Assembly: GCF_000025925.1 (NCBI RefSeq)
Contig: NC_014033.1
Span: 2,850,001 to 2,882,000 of the forward strand
Direction of reading: 5' to 3'
DNA from: Xylanibacter ruminicola 23
GTDB lineage: Bacteria > Bacteroidota > Bacteroidia > Bacteroidales > Bacteroidaceae
DNA length: 32,000 nucleotides
Translations under genes and position numbers: made by a program
Shown here: positions 14,267 to 23,305 of the stretch, piece after piece
How the letters are laid out: each line of letters starts with the position of its first letter
Position numbering within the stretch: position 1 is the stretch's first letter
The notes under the pieces: generated by a model
The model's database searches: none
What the model saw: only the letters and a program-made list of their open reading frames with translations
Told to the model about the DNA's origin: nothing

Positions 14267-17110
14267 ATGGGTGTAAGATTAAATAAAGTATTAACAGAAT
14301 TGAATATCGGACTTCAGACGGCCGTTGACTATCTGAAGAAGAAGAACCTGGGCGAGATCAACGACGCCACTATGAACACCAAGATTAGCGACGAGCAGTA
14401 CAACGCGCTGGTTAAGGAGTTTAAGGGCGACAAGGATGTGAAGAACCAGGCCGCTATGATATTCCCCAAAAAGGAGAAGAAAGCTAAACCCGACTTTAAA
14501 TCTGAAACCGTTGAGGTAAAGGATGAAATCAAGCAGACTTTCACTCCATTAGGAAAGATTGACCTGAGCAGCGTGGGCAAGCCCGCCAAGCATCAGGAGG
14601 AGAAGCCACAGGCAGCAGCACCCGCTGAGCCTAAGGCCGAGCCCAAACCCGAGCCAAAGCCAGAGCCCAAACCTGAGGTTAAGCCTGAGCCAAAGCCCGA
14701 GGTGAAAGCCGAAGTAAAACCCGAACCCAAGCCCGAGCCAAAGCCTGAGGTGAAGCCTGAGCCAAAACCAGAGCCCAAAGCCGAGGTTAAGCCCGAGGTA
14801 AAAGCTGAGCCCAAGCAGGAGGAGAAGCCCGCCGCTACCGAGCAGAAGAGCATCTTTACGCTGAAGAGCGAGAAGAAGATGGCTCCTAACTTTAACGTGG
14901 TAGGTAAGATCGACCTCGACTCGCTGAACCAGAGCACTCGTCCGAAGAAGAAGTCGAAGGAGGAGCGCCGCAAGGAGCGAGAGGAGAAGCAGGCCCAGAT
15001 GCACGGCGAGAAGAAGAAGCGCGAGCGCATTCACGGCGGCAAGGAGCGTGTTGACATCGAGGCTGCAGCCAGTCAGGAAAACCGTAATGGCGGCAACCAG
15101 AACAACAATAAGAAGAACAAGGGTGGCAACCAGAACTTCCAGGATGGAAACAACGGTGGCGGCAAGAAGAACAAGAAGAACCGCCCCATCCAGAAGCCAC
15201 TGGAGGTTGACGACGAGGCAGTAGCACGCCAGGTTAAGGAAACACTGGCCCGCCTTACCTCGAAGAACCAGAATAAGAAGGGTGCCAAGTACCGTCGTGA
15301 GAAGCGTGATGCCGTAGCAGAGCGCATGAACGAGGAGATGGCAGCCGAGGCAGCACAGAGCAAGATTCTGAAGCTTACCGAGTTTGTAACCGTATCAGAG
15401 CTGGCCACCATGATGAACGTAGGTGTGAACCAGGTTATCGGTACCTGTATGAGCATCGGTATCATGGTATCTATCAACCAGCGTCTGGATGCTGAGACCA
15501 TCAACATCGTAGCCGAGGAGTTCGGATTCACCACCGAGTATGTATCAGCCGAAGTACAGAACGCCATTACTGAGGAGGAGGATGATGAGAACGATCTGAT
15601 CAGCCGCGCTCCAATCGTAACCGTGATGGGACACGTTGACCACGGTAAGACATCGCTGCTCGACCACATCCGCAACACCAACGTGATTGCCGGTGAGGCC
15701 GGTGGTATTACACAGCACATCGGTGCTTACAACGTGAAGCTAAAGGATGGCCGACAGATTACCTTCCTGGATACCCCAGGACACGAGGCATTTACCGCTA
15801 TGCGTGCACGTGGTGCCCAGGTAACCGATATCGCCATCATCATCGTAGCAGCCGACGACTCAGTGATGCCTACCACCAAGGAGGCCATCGCCCACGCACA
15901 GGCTGCTAACGTACCAATGGTATTCGCTATCAACAAGATAGATAAACCAGGTGCTAACCCCGATAAGATTCGTGAGGACCTGGCCAACATGAACCTGCTG
16001 GTTGAGGAATGGGGCGGTAAGTACCAGTGCCAGGAGATCAGCGCCAAGAAGGGTATCGGCGTTGACGAGCTGCTGGAGAAGGTACTGCTCGAGGCCGAGA
16101 TGCTCGACCTGAAGGCTAATCCTAACCGTAAGGCTACCGGTAGCATTATCGAGAGTTCGCTCGACAAGGGTCGTGGTTACGTTTCAACCGTACTGGTATC
16201 AAACGGTACACTGAAGGTAGGCGACGTAGTGATTGCAGGTACAGCTTGGGGTAAGGTAAAGGCTATGTTCAATGAGCGAAACCAGCGCATTGAAAAGGCC
16301 GGTCCTGCCGAGCCAGCTATCATTCTTGGTTTGAACGGTGCTCCTACTGCTGGTGACTCGTTCCACGTGATGGAGAGTGAGCAGGAGGCCCGCGAGATTG
16401 CCAACAAGCGTATCCAGCTGCAGCGCGAGCAGAGCCTGCGTACCACCACCAAGCTTGGACTGGACGAGCTGTCGCACCGTATCGCTCTGGGTGAGTTCCA
16501 CGAGTTGAACATCATCGTTAAGGGTGACACCGACGGTAGTATCGAGGCCCTCTCTGATTCGTTCATCAAGCTCTCTACCGAGAAGGTTCAGGTGAACGTG
16601 ATCAACAAGGCTGTGGGTCAGATTTCGGAGAACGATGTCATGCTGGCATCTGCTTCAGAGGCTATCATCATCGGATTCCAGGTACGTCCTTCGGCCGATG
16701 CCCGTAAGGCTGCCGACCGCGAGGGTGTAGAAATCAATACCTACTCTATCATCTACGACGCTATCGACGATGTGAAGCAGACCATGCAGGGTATGCTTGA
16801 TAAGGTTAAGAAGGAGATTCTGGCTGGTGAGATCGAGGTTAAGCAGGTATTCAAAATCTCGAAGGTTGGTACTGTTGCCGGTGGTTTGGTTACCAGCGGT
16901 AAGGTACACAACAAGGACAAGGCCCGCGTTATCCGCGATGGTATCGTGATCCACACCGCTCCTATCGACGCCCTGAAGCGTTACAAGGACGATGCCAAGG
17001 AGGTTGCAAGCGGACTGGAGTGTGGTATCTCACTGGTTAACTTCAACGATATCCAGGTAGGTGATATCATCGAGACCTTCACAGAGATTGAGGTAGAACA
17101 GAAACTGTAA
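14267..17110 (+). CDS. infB: Translation initiation factor IF-2
   Basis: 947 aa. The GTPase motifs are [18 protein letters not shown] and NKID. The C-terminal domains are conserved. The N-terminal region is long and low complexity (PEPK repeats, K/E-rich and N/G-rich segments). Confidence 0.95.
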   Translation: MGVRLNKVLTELNIGLQTAVDYLKKKNLGEINDATMNTKISDEQYNALVKEFKGDKDVKNQAAMIFPKKEKKAKPDFKSETVEVKDEIKQTFTPLGKIDLSSVGKPAKHQEEKPQAAAPAEPKAEPKPEPKPEPKPEVKPEPKPEVKAEVKPEPKPEPKPEVKPEPKPEPKAEVKPEVKAEPKQEEKPAATEQKSIFTLKSEKKMAPNFNVVGKIDLDSLNQSTRPKKKSKEERRKEREEKQAQMHGEKKKRERIHGGKERVDIEAAASQENRNGGNQNNNKKNKGGNQNFQDGNNGGGKKNKKNRPIQKPLEVDDEAVARQVKETLARLTSKNQNKKGAKYRREKRDAVAERMNEEMAAEAAQSKILKLTEFVTVSELATMMNVGVNQVIGTCMSIGIMVSINQRLDAETINIVAEEFGFTTEYVSAEVQNAITEEEDDENDLISRAPIVTVMGHVDHGKTSLLDHIRNTNVIAGEAGGITQHIGAYNVKLKDGRQITFLDTPGHEAFTAMRARGAQVTDIAIIIVAADDSVMPTTKEAIAHAQAANVPMVFAINKIDKPGANPDKIREDLANMNLLVEEWGGKYQCQEISAKKGIGVDELLEKVLLEAEMLDLKANPNRKATGSIIESSLDKGRGYVSTVLVSNGTLKVGDVVIAGTAWGKVKAMFNERNQRIEKAGPAEPAIILGLNGAPTAGDSFHVMESEQEAREIANKRIQLQREQSLRTTTKLGLDELSHRIALGEFHELNIIVKGDTDGSIEALSDSFIKLSTEKVQVNVINKAVGQISENDVMLASASEAIIIGFQVRPSADARKAADREGVEINTYSIIYDAIDDVKQTMQGMLDKVKKEILAGEIEVKQVFKISKVGTVAGGLVTSGKVHNKDKARVIRDGIVIHTAPIDALKRYKDDAKEVASGLECGISLVNFNDIQVGDIIETFTEIEVEQKL
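14627..14815 (+). repeat. 12-nt-period coding repeat (E-P/V-K-P/A units) inside infB
   Basis: [63 protein letters not shown]. The units differ at synonymous positions (gagccc/gagcca/gaaccc, aaa/aag). Confidence 0.9.
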
Positions 17111-17112
17111 TA

Positions 17113-18561
17113 ATGTCAGATAATAAGAATGAATTTGTACGTCAGGTAGCTGAACAAAAATACGAGTTTGGTTTCACTACCGACGTACATACTGAAATAA
17201 TCGAGAAAGGGCTGAACGAGGATATCGTTCGGCTCATCTCTGCTAAGAAAGGGGAGCCCGAGTGGATGCTTGAGTTCCGCCTGAAGGCGTTCCGCTACTG
17301 GAAGGAGCAGCAGGAACCTAAGTGGGGCCATGTGCATGTGCCAGAGATTGACTATCAGGCCATTAGCTACTATGCCGACCCACTGGCTAAGAAGCCCGAA
17401 GGCGACGGCAAGATCGACCCAGAGCTGGAGAAGACCTTTGATAAGTTAGGTATCCCCCTTGAAGAGCGCCTGGCCCTGAGTGGTAACACAGCCGTTGATG
17501 CTATCATGGATAGCGTATCGGTAAAGACCACCTTTAAGGAGAAGCTGCGCGAAAAGGGTGTTATCTTCTGCTCGATTGGCGAGGCCATCAAGGAGCACGG
17601 CGACCTGGTGCGTCAGTACCTGGGAACAGTAGTGCCTTACAAAGATAATTTCTTTGCAGCACTCAACTCGGCTGTGTTCAGCGATGGTTCGTTTGTTTAT
17701 ATCCCCAAGGGTGTAAGATGCCCTATGGAGCTCAGCTCTTACTTCCGCATCAATGCCCGTAACACAGGTCAGTTTGAGCGTACACTGATTATTGCCGACG
17801 ACGATGCCTACGTATCGTATCTGGAGGGATGTACAGCCCCTATGCGCGACGAGAACCAGTTGCATGCCGCCATCGTTGAGATTATCGTGATGAACCGTGC
17901 CGAGGTGAAATACTCTACCGTTCAGAACTGGTATCCTGGCGACGAGAACGGTAAGGGCGGTGTGCTGAACCTGGTAACCAAACGTGGCGATCTGCGTGGT
18001 GTTGACTCGAAGTTGTCGTGGACGCAGGTTGAAACGGGTAGTGCCATCACCTGGAAGTACCCATCGTGCATTCTGCGCGGCGATAACTCGCAAGCCGAGT
18101 TCTATTCGGTAGCTGTTACCAACAACTATCAGGAGGCCGATACAGGTACCAAGATGATACACATTGGTAAGAACACCAAGAGTACCATCATCTCGAAGGG
18201 TATCTCGGCTGGTCACTCACAGAACTCGTATCGCGGACTGGTGCGTGCAGCATCTACTGCCGACAATGCACGTAACTACTCAAGCTGCGACTCGCTGCTG
18301 TTAGGTTCGGATTGTGGCGCACATACCTTCCCCTATATGGATGTGCACAACGACACAGCTGTGTTTGAGCACGAGGCTACCACCTCGAAGATTTCGGAAG
18401 ACCAGCTCTTCTATTGCAACCAGCGCGGTATCCCCACCGAGCAGGCCGTTGGACTGATTGTGAACGGTTATGCCAAGGAAGTGCTGCAGAAGTTGCCTAT
18501 GGAGTTTGCCGTTGAGGCACAGAAACTATTATCAGTATCATTAGAAGGAACTGTTGGATAA
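17113..18561 (+). CDS. sufB: Fe-S cluster assembly protein SufB
   Basis: 482 aa. Conserved blocks are [58 protein letters not shown] and [15 protein letters not shown]. The ATG lies 2 nt after the infB stop. Confidence 0.95.
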   Translation: MSDNKNEFVRQVAEQKYEFGFTTDVHTEIIEKGLNEDIVRLISAKKGEPEWMLEFRLKAFRYWKEQQEPKWGHVHVPEIDYQAISYYADPLAKKPEGDGKIDPELEKTFDKLGIPLEERLALSGNTAVDAIMDSVSVKTTFKEKLREKGVIFCSIGEAIKEHGDLVRQYLGTVVPYKDNFFAALNSAVFSDGSFVYIPKGVRCPMELSSYFRINARNTGQFERTLIIADDDAYVSYLEGCTAPMRDENQLHAAIVEIIVMNRAEVKYSTVQNWYPGDENGKGGVLNLVTKRGDLRGVDSKLSWTQVETGSAITWKYPSCILRGDNSQAEFYSVAVTNNYQEADTGTKMIHIGKNTKSTIISKGISAGHSQNSYRGLVRAASTADNARNYSSCDSLLLGSDCGAHTFPYMDVHNDTAVFEHEATTSKISEDQLFYCNQRGIPTEQAVGLIVNGYAKEVLQKLPMEFAVEAQKLLSVSLEGTVG

Positions 18562-18572
18562 ATAAAAACGAT

Positions 18573-19880
18573 ATGCTTCAGAAATTATTTGGATTTGATG
18601 CCTCCACAATGACTTTGCGCAAGGAGGTTATTGGTGGTATTACCACCTTCTTAACAATGGCTTACATCTTAGCCGTAAACCCAAGCATCCTCTCGGCAAC
18701 CGGTATGGATGCAGGGGCAGTGTTTACCACCACATGTATCGCAGCTGTTGTAGGTACGTTGGTTATGGCCATCTATGCCAAATTGCCATTTGCCTTGGCA
18801 CCTGGTATGGGTCTGAATGCATTCTTTGCGTTCACCGTAGTGCTTACCATGGGCTACACCTGGCAGTTTGCACTTACGGCTGTGTTGATCGAGGGATTGA
18901 TTTTCATCCTGCTCACGGTTACAGGCCTGCGCAAACATATTGTTAACGCTATACCACTGGTATTGCGCCGAGCCATCAGTCCAGGTATCGGATTGTTTAT
19001 CGCTTTTGTAGGTCTGAAGGGCGCTGGTATCGTAGCCTCATCAGAATCTACATTCATCACCTTAGGAAACCTGCACGATCCTGCTGTGCTGCTGGCTATC
19101 TTCGGCATTCTGCTTACTGCCGCACTGCTGGTACGCAAGGTAACAGGCTCGCTGCTGATTGGAATTCTGATAACCACCATCGTAGGTATCCCTCTGGGTG
19201 TTACCAACTACACAGGTGTGATGTCGGTTCCACCATCAATCAGCCCCATCTTCTGGCAGTTTGAGTGGCACAACATCCTGACCGTAGATATGGTGGTAGT
19301 GGTACTCACCTTCCTGTTTATCGATATGTTCGACACCATCGGTACCCTGATTGGTGTATCAAACCGTGCCGGCATGGTTGATGATAACGGTAACGTGAAG
19401 AACCTGAACCAGGCCTTTATGGCTGATGCCATCGGTACCACCGTTGGTGCTATGCTGGGTACTTCAACAGTAACTACTTATGTAGAGAGTGCTTCGGGTG
19501 TAAACGTAGGCGGCCGCTCTGGTCTTACCAGCTTTACTACCGCCATCTGCTTTGCAGTAGCATTGCTCTTTGCGCCCCTGTTCCTGGCCATCCCAGCACA
19601 GGCCACAGCCGCCGCACTGATTCTGGTTGGTGTGATGATGATGCACGACATCCGCAAGGTTGACTTCAGCGATTATGTTACAGCCATCCCATGCTTTGTA
19701 TGTATCGTGATGATGCCACTTACTTACAGTATCTCTGATGGTATCCTGATGGGTGTTATCTCGTATGTACTCATCCATCTGCTGTCGGGCACACTCAAAG
19801 ATAAGGACGAGCGTAACAACATTAACTGGGCCACTATCCTGCTGGCCGCTCTGTTTATCTGTCGCTACGCCTTCCTTTAA
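18573..19880 (+). CDS. NCS2 family permease (AzgA/PbuG-type adenine-guanine-hypoxanthine permease)
   Basis: 435 aa. The N-terminus LFGFDASTMTLRKEVIGGITTFLTMAYILAVNPSIL and the block YVESASGVNVGGRSGLTS are characteristic of this family. It is a polytopic membrane protein. Confidence 0.88.
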   Translation: MLQKLFGFDASTMTLRKEVIGGITTFLTMAYILAVNPSILSATGMDAGAVFTTTCIAAVVGTLVMAIYAKLPFALAPGMGLNAFFAFTVVLTMGYTWQFALTAVLIEGLIFILLTVTGLRKHIVNAIPLVLRRAISPGIGLFIAFVGLKGAGIVASSESTFITLGNLHDPAVLLAIFGILLTAALLVRKVTGSLLIGILITTIVGIPLGVTNYTGVMSVPPSISPIFWQFEWHNILTVDMVVVVLTFLFIDMFDTIGTLIGVSNRAGMVDDNGNVKNLNQAFMADAIGTTVGAMLGTSTVTTYVESASGVNVGGRSGLTSFTTAICFAVALLFAPLFLAIPAQATAAALILVGVMMMHDIRKVDFSDYVTAIPCFVCIVMMPLTYSISDGILMGVISYVLIHLLSGTLKDKDERNNINWATILLAALFICRYAFL

Positions 19881-19918
19881 TTGTAAAATAGAAAATTGTC
19901 AAATAGTCAAATACATTA

Positions 19919-20674
19919 ATGTTAGAGGTTAAGAACTTACACGCCAAGATTGGCGATAAAGAGATATTAAAAGGCATCGACCTCGTGATTAACGATGGCG
20001 AGACACATGCCATCATGGGCCCTAACGGTTCAGGAAAATCTACCCTGAGCGCCGTACTGGTGGGTAACCCACTTTACGAGGTGACCGAGGGCGAGGCTTT
20101 CTTCAACGGTAAGAACCTGCTGGAGATGAAGCCTGAGGACCGTGCCCACGAGGGTTTGTTCCTCTCGTTCCAGTATCCCGTTGAGATTCCAGGTGTATCG
20201 ATGACCAACTTTATGAAGGCTGCCATCAACGAGAAGCGCAAGTATCAGGGACTGGAGCCCATGAACGCTGCCGAATTCCTGAAACTGCAGCGCGAGAAAC
20301 GTAAGATTGTTGAGCTCGACTCGAAGCTGGCTAACCGCTCGGTTAACGAGGGTTTCAGCGGTGGTGAGAAGAAGCGCAACGAGATTTTCCAGATGGCTAT
20401 GCTGGAGCCCAAACTGAGCATCCTCGACGAGACCGACTCTGGTCTTGACGTAGATGCTATGCGTATTGTAGCCGAGGGTGTTAACAAACTGCAGACACCT
20501 GAGACTTCGTGCATCGTCATCACCCACTACGACCGTCTGCTCGAAATGATTAAGCCCCAGTTTGTACACGTGCTGTACAAGGGTAGAATCGTGAAGACTG
20601 GCGGTCCAGAGCTGGCTGTACAGATTCAGGAGCACGGCTACGATTGGATTAAGGAAGAAATAGGCGAGGAATAA
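19919..20674 (+). CDS. sufC: Fe-S cluster assembly ATPase SufC
   Basis: 251 aa. It has Walker A GPNGSGKST, the signature region FSGGEKKRNEI, Walker B LSILDETDSGLD and the H-loop ITHY. Confidence 0.95.
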   Translation: MLEVKNLHAKIGDKEILKGIDLVINDGETHAIMGPNGSGKSTLSAVLVGNPLYEVTEGEAFFNGKNLLEMKPEDRAHEGLFLSFQYPVEIPGVSMTNFMKAAINEKRKYQGLEPMNAAEFLKLQREKRKIVELDSKLANRSVNEGFSGGEKKRNEIFQMAMLEPKLSILDETDSGLDVDAMRIVAEGVNKLQTPETSCIVITHYDRLLEMIKPQFVHVLYKGRIVKTGGPELAVQIQEHGYDWIKEEIGEE

Positions 20675-22029
20675 TGAATAGCGAACAACAATATATTGAC
20701 CTCTATCAGCAGGCACGCGAGATGATTATCAAGCATGCCCCAGAGTCGATGAACGTGGTGCGCGATCAGGCCTTTGAGGACTTCCGCAAGCAGGGCTTCC
20801 CAACAAAGAAGGTAGAGCGATACAAGTACACCGATATGCAGAAGCTGTTTGAGCCCGACTACGGTGTGAACCTGAATCGCCTGCAGATACCTGTGGATCC
20901 CTACGAGGCTTTCCATTGCGACGTGCCCAACCTGAGCACAAGCCTGTACTTTGTGGTAAACGATATGTTCTACCACGACGACAAGCAGAAGGGTCACTTA
21001 CCTGAAGGCGTTGTGATCGGCTCTATGCGCGATTACCCTGAGCTGGTGAGCAAGTACTACACCAAGCTGGCTAAGACTGGTGAGGATGCCGTTACAGCAC
21101 TCAACACCATGCTGGCACAGGACGGACTGCTGGTTTACGTGCCCAAGAACGTGAAGGTGGATCGCGCCATTCAGGTGATTAACATCCTGAAGGCCACCCC
21201 ACAGAACGCGCAGCATGTAGTGACCGACCTGATGGTGAACCGTCGCGTGCTGATTGTACTCGAAGAGAGTGCCGAAATTAAAATGCTGTTCTGCGATCAT
21301 GCTGCCGACGACCGTAACTTCCTGGCCACACAGGTTATCGAGGCTTACGTAGGCGAGAATGCATCGTTAGACCTCTATTGCATGGAGGAGACGCATCATA
21401 AGAATGTACGCGTAAGCAACGTGTATATCGACCAGCAGGCCAACAGTCGTGTAAACCACAACGTCATCACCCTGCACAACGGTATTACCCGTAACAAGCT
21501 TGACCTGACCTTCAGTGGCGAGGGTGCCGAGTGCCAATGCTACGGATGTGTGATTGCCGACAAGCAGCAGCACGTAGATAACAACACGCTGATAGTTCAC
21601 AAGGTGCCTCACTGCAACTCGCAGGAGCTGTACAAATATGTACTCGACGAGAAGGCTACTGGTGCTTTTGCCGGTCGTGTGCTGGTTGAGCATGGTGCTC
21701 AGAAAACCACCTCGCAGATGACTAATCAGAACCTCACTGCCACCAAAGAGGCACGCATGTACACCCAGCCCATGCTGGAGATCTATGCCGACGACGTGAA
21801 GTGTGCCCACGGTTCGACCGTTGGACAGCTGAACGATGCCGCCCTGTTCTACATGCGCCAGCGAGGCATTTCATTACAGGAGGCTAAGGTACTGCTGCAG
21901 AACGCCTTTATCAACGAGGTTATCGACCACATGCAGTTAGAGCCACTGCGCGATCGCCTGCACTACCTGGTAGAGAAGCGATTCCGTGGCGAGCTGAACA
22001 AATGCTCAGGCTGCAAACTCTGCAAGTAA
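20674..22029 (+). CDS. sufD: Fe-S cluster assembly protein SufD
   Basis: 451 aa. The ATG overlaps the sufC TAA by 1 nt. The C-terminal beta-helix block is [36 protein letters not shown], typical of SufB/SufD. Confidence 0.9.
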   Translation: [451 protein letters not shown]

Positions 22030-22036
22030 AGGGTAT

Positions 22037-22068
22037 TAATGTTTAATCTTTCATGTTTAATGTTTAAT
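22037..22068 (+). repeat. 32-nt element (three ATGTTTAAT-like words) filling the sufD-sufS junction; a copy of 2146-2177 in inverted orientation
   Basis: TAATGTTTAATCTTTCATGTTTAATGTTTAAT. It contains both candidate sufS start codons, at 22039 and 22060. Confidence 0.8.
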
Positions 22069-23280
22069 CTAAATAAAGTACGCGAAGATTTCCCTATCCT
22101 GGGTCGCGAGGTATATAAAAAGCCGCTGGTTTATCTGGACAACGCGGCTACCACACAGAAGCCACTGATGGTGCTCGACGCTATGCGCGACGAGTATCTC
22201 AACGTGAATGCCAACGTGCATCGTGGTGTACACTACCTGTCGCAGCAGGCTACCGACCTGCACGAGGCGGCTCGCGAGGCAGTTCGTGGATTCATCAACG
22301 CCCGCAAGATAGAGGAGATTATTTTTACGCGTGGTACTACCGAGGCCATTAACCTGGTGGCCAGCTCGTTCTGCGAAAGTCAGATGCAGGCCGGCGACGA
22401 GGTGATTGTAACCGAGATGGAGCACCACTCAAACATCGTATCGTGGCAGTTACAGGCCATGAAGCGTGGCATTGTGGTAAAGCACATCCCCATTACCGAC
22501 GATGGTATCTTGTGTATCGACCAGCTGGAACAGCTCATCACTCCCAAGACCAAGATAGTTAGCGTGGCCCACGTAAGCAACGTGCTGGGCACCGTTAACC
22601 CTGTTGAACAGATAATCAAGATAGCCCACGCCCACAACATCCCCGTGCTGGTAGATGGTGCCCAGAGTGCGCCACACTTCAAGGTAGATGTTCAGGCGAT
22701 GGATTGCGACTTCTTTGCTTTCAGCGGACATAAGATGTACGGACCAACCGGCATCGGTGTGCTGTATGGAAAGGAAGAGTGGCTGGAGAAGTTGCCTCCC
22801 TATCAGGGTGGCGGCGAGATGATTGACAAGGTGACTTGGGAGAAGACCACTTTTGAGCGCCTGCCATTCAAGTTCGAGGCTGGCACACCCGACTATGTGG
22901 CTACCCACGGACTGTCTAAGGCCATCGAATATATCGATGCTATCGGCTTTGATGCCATCCAGCAGCACGAGCAGGAACTCACCCGTTACTGCATGGAGCA
23001 GCTGATGACCATCGACGGCATGAAGATCTACGGTCCGATGGATGCATCGAAGAAGGATGCTGTAGTATCGTTCAACGTTGGCGATATCCACCACCTGGAT
23101 ATGGGTACCCTACTCGACCGTCTGGGTATTGCTGTTCGTACCGGTCATCATTGTGCACAGCCATTGATGGACCGTTTGGGCATCTCAGGCACCGTTCGTG
23201 CCTCGTTCGCACTTTATAACACAAAAGAAGAGATTGATACCCTTATAGCGGGCATCCGTCGTGTGTCACAAATGTTCTAA
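22060..23280 (+). CDS. sufS: Cysteine desulfurase SufS (class V aminotransferase, group II)
   Basis: MFNLNKVREDFPILGREVYKKPLVYLDNAATTQKP aligns with the E. coli SufS N-terminus as I remember it (MIFSVDKVRADFPVL...YLDSAASAQKP), so I prefer the start at 22060 over 22039. The PLP lysine region is FSGHKMYGPTGIG and the active-site Cys region is RTGHHCAQP. Confidence 0.9.
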   Translation: MFNLNKVREDFPILGREVYKKPLVYLDNAATTQKPLMVLDAMRDEYLNVNANVHRGVHYLSQQATDLHEAAREAVRGFINARKIEEIIFTRGTTEAINLVASSFCESQMQAGDEVIVTEMEHHSNIVSWQLQAMKRGIVVKHIPITDDGILCIDQLEQLITPKTKIVSVAHVSNVLGTVNPVEQIIKIAHAHNIPVLVDGAQSAPHFKVDVQAMDCDFFAFSGHKMYGPTGIGVLYGKEEWLEKLPPYQGGGEMIDKVTWEKTTFERLPFKFEAGTPDYVATHGLSKAIEYIDAIGFDAIQQHEQELTRYCMEQLMTIDGMKIYGPMDASKKDAVVSFNVGDIHHLDMGTLLDRLGIAVRTGHHCAQPLMDRLGISGTVRASFALYNTKEEIDTLIAGIRRVSQMF

Positions 23281-23305
23281 CAGCCCCACTAAAGGCTGTT
23301 AGAAC
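23274..23305. terminator. Perfect 12-bp inverted repeat forming a bidirectional terminator hairpin across the sufS and GH27 stop codons
   Basis: GTTCTAACAGCC (23274-23285), loop CCACTAAA, GGCTGTTAGAAC (23294-23305). The left arm contains the sufS TAA. The loop and right arm encode the last GH27 codons and its stop. Confidence 0.6.

Noticed and set aside
14627-14815. Possible CRISPR or other non-coding tandem array
   Set aside because: The period is 12 nt with no spacers, it is entirely in frame within infB, and no cas genes are in the window. The CACGGAT array at 2891-2996 likewise has a 10-nt period with no spacer-repeat architecture.
14549-16954. Multiple minus-strand ORFs (161, 145, 111, 215, 146, 130 aa and others) antisense to infB, some with striking GLG/SGF repeats
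   Set aside because: The repeats are the antisense reading of the PEPK coding repeat. The plus frame is a canonical IF-2.
17446-18216. 256-aa minus ORF antisense to sufB. The same applies to 20030-20716 (antisense sufC), 22450-23094 (antisense sufS) and 25115-25681 (antisense rnhB).
   Set aside because: All are shadow ORFs opposite genes with unambiguous conserved motifs.
22039-22059. Upstream in-frame ATG for sufS (MFNLSCL...)
   Set aside because: The first 7 codons are repeat-element sequence. The ATG at 22060 gives an N-terminus with the same length and sequence pattern as known SufS proteins. It is kept as an alternative, not excluded outright.
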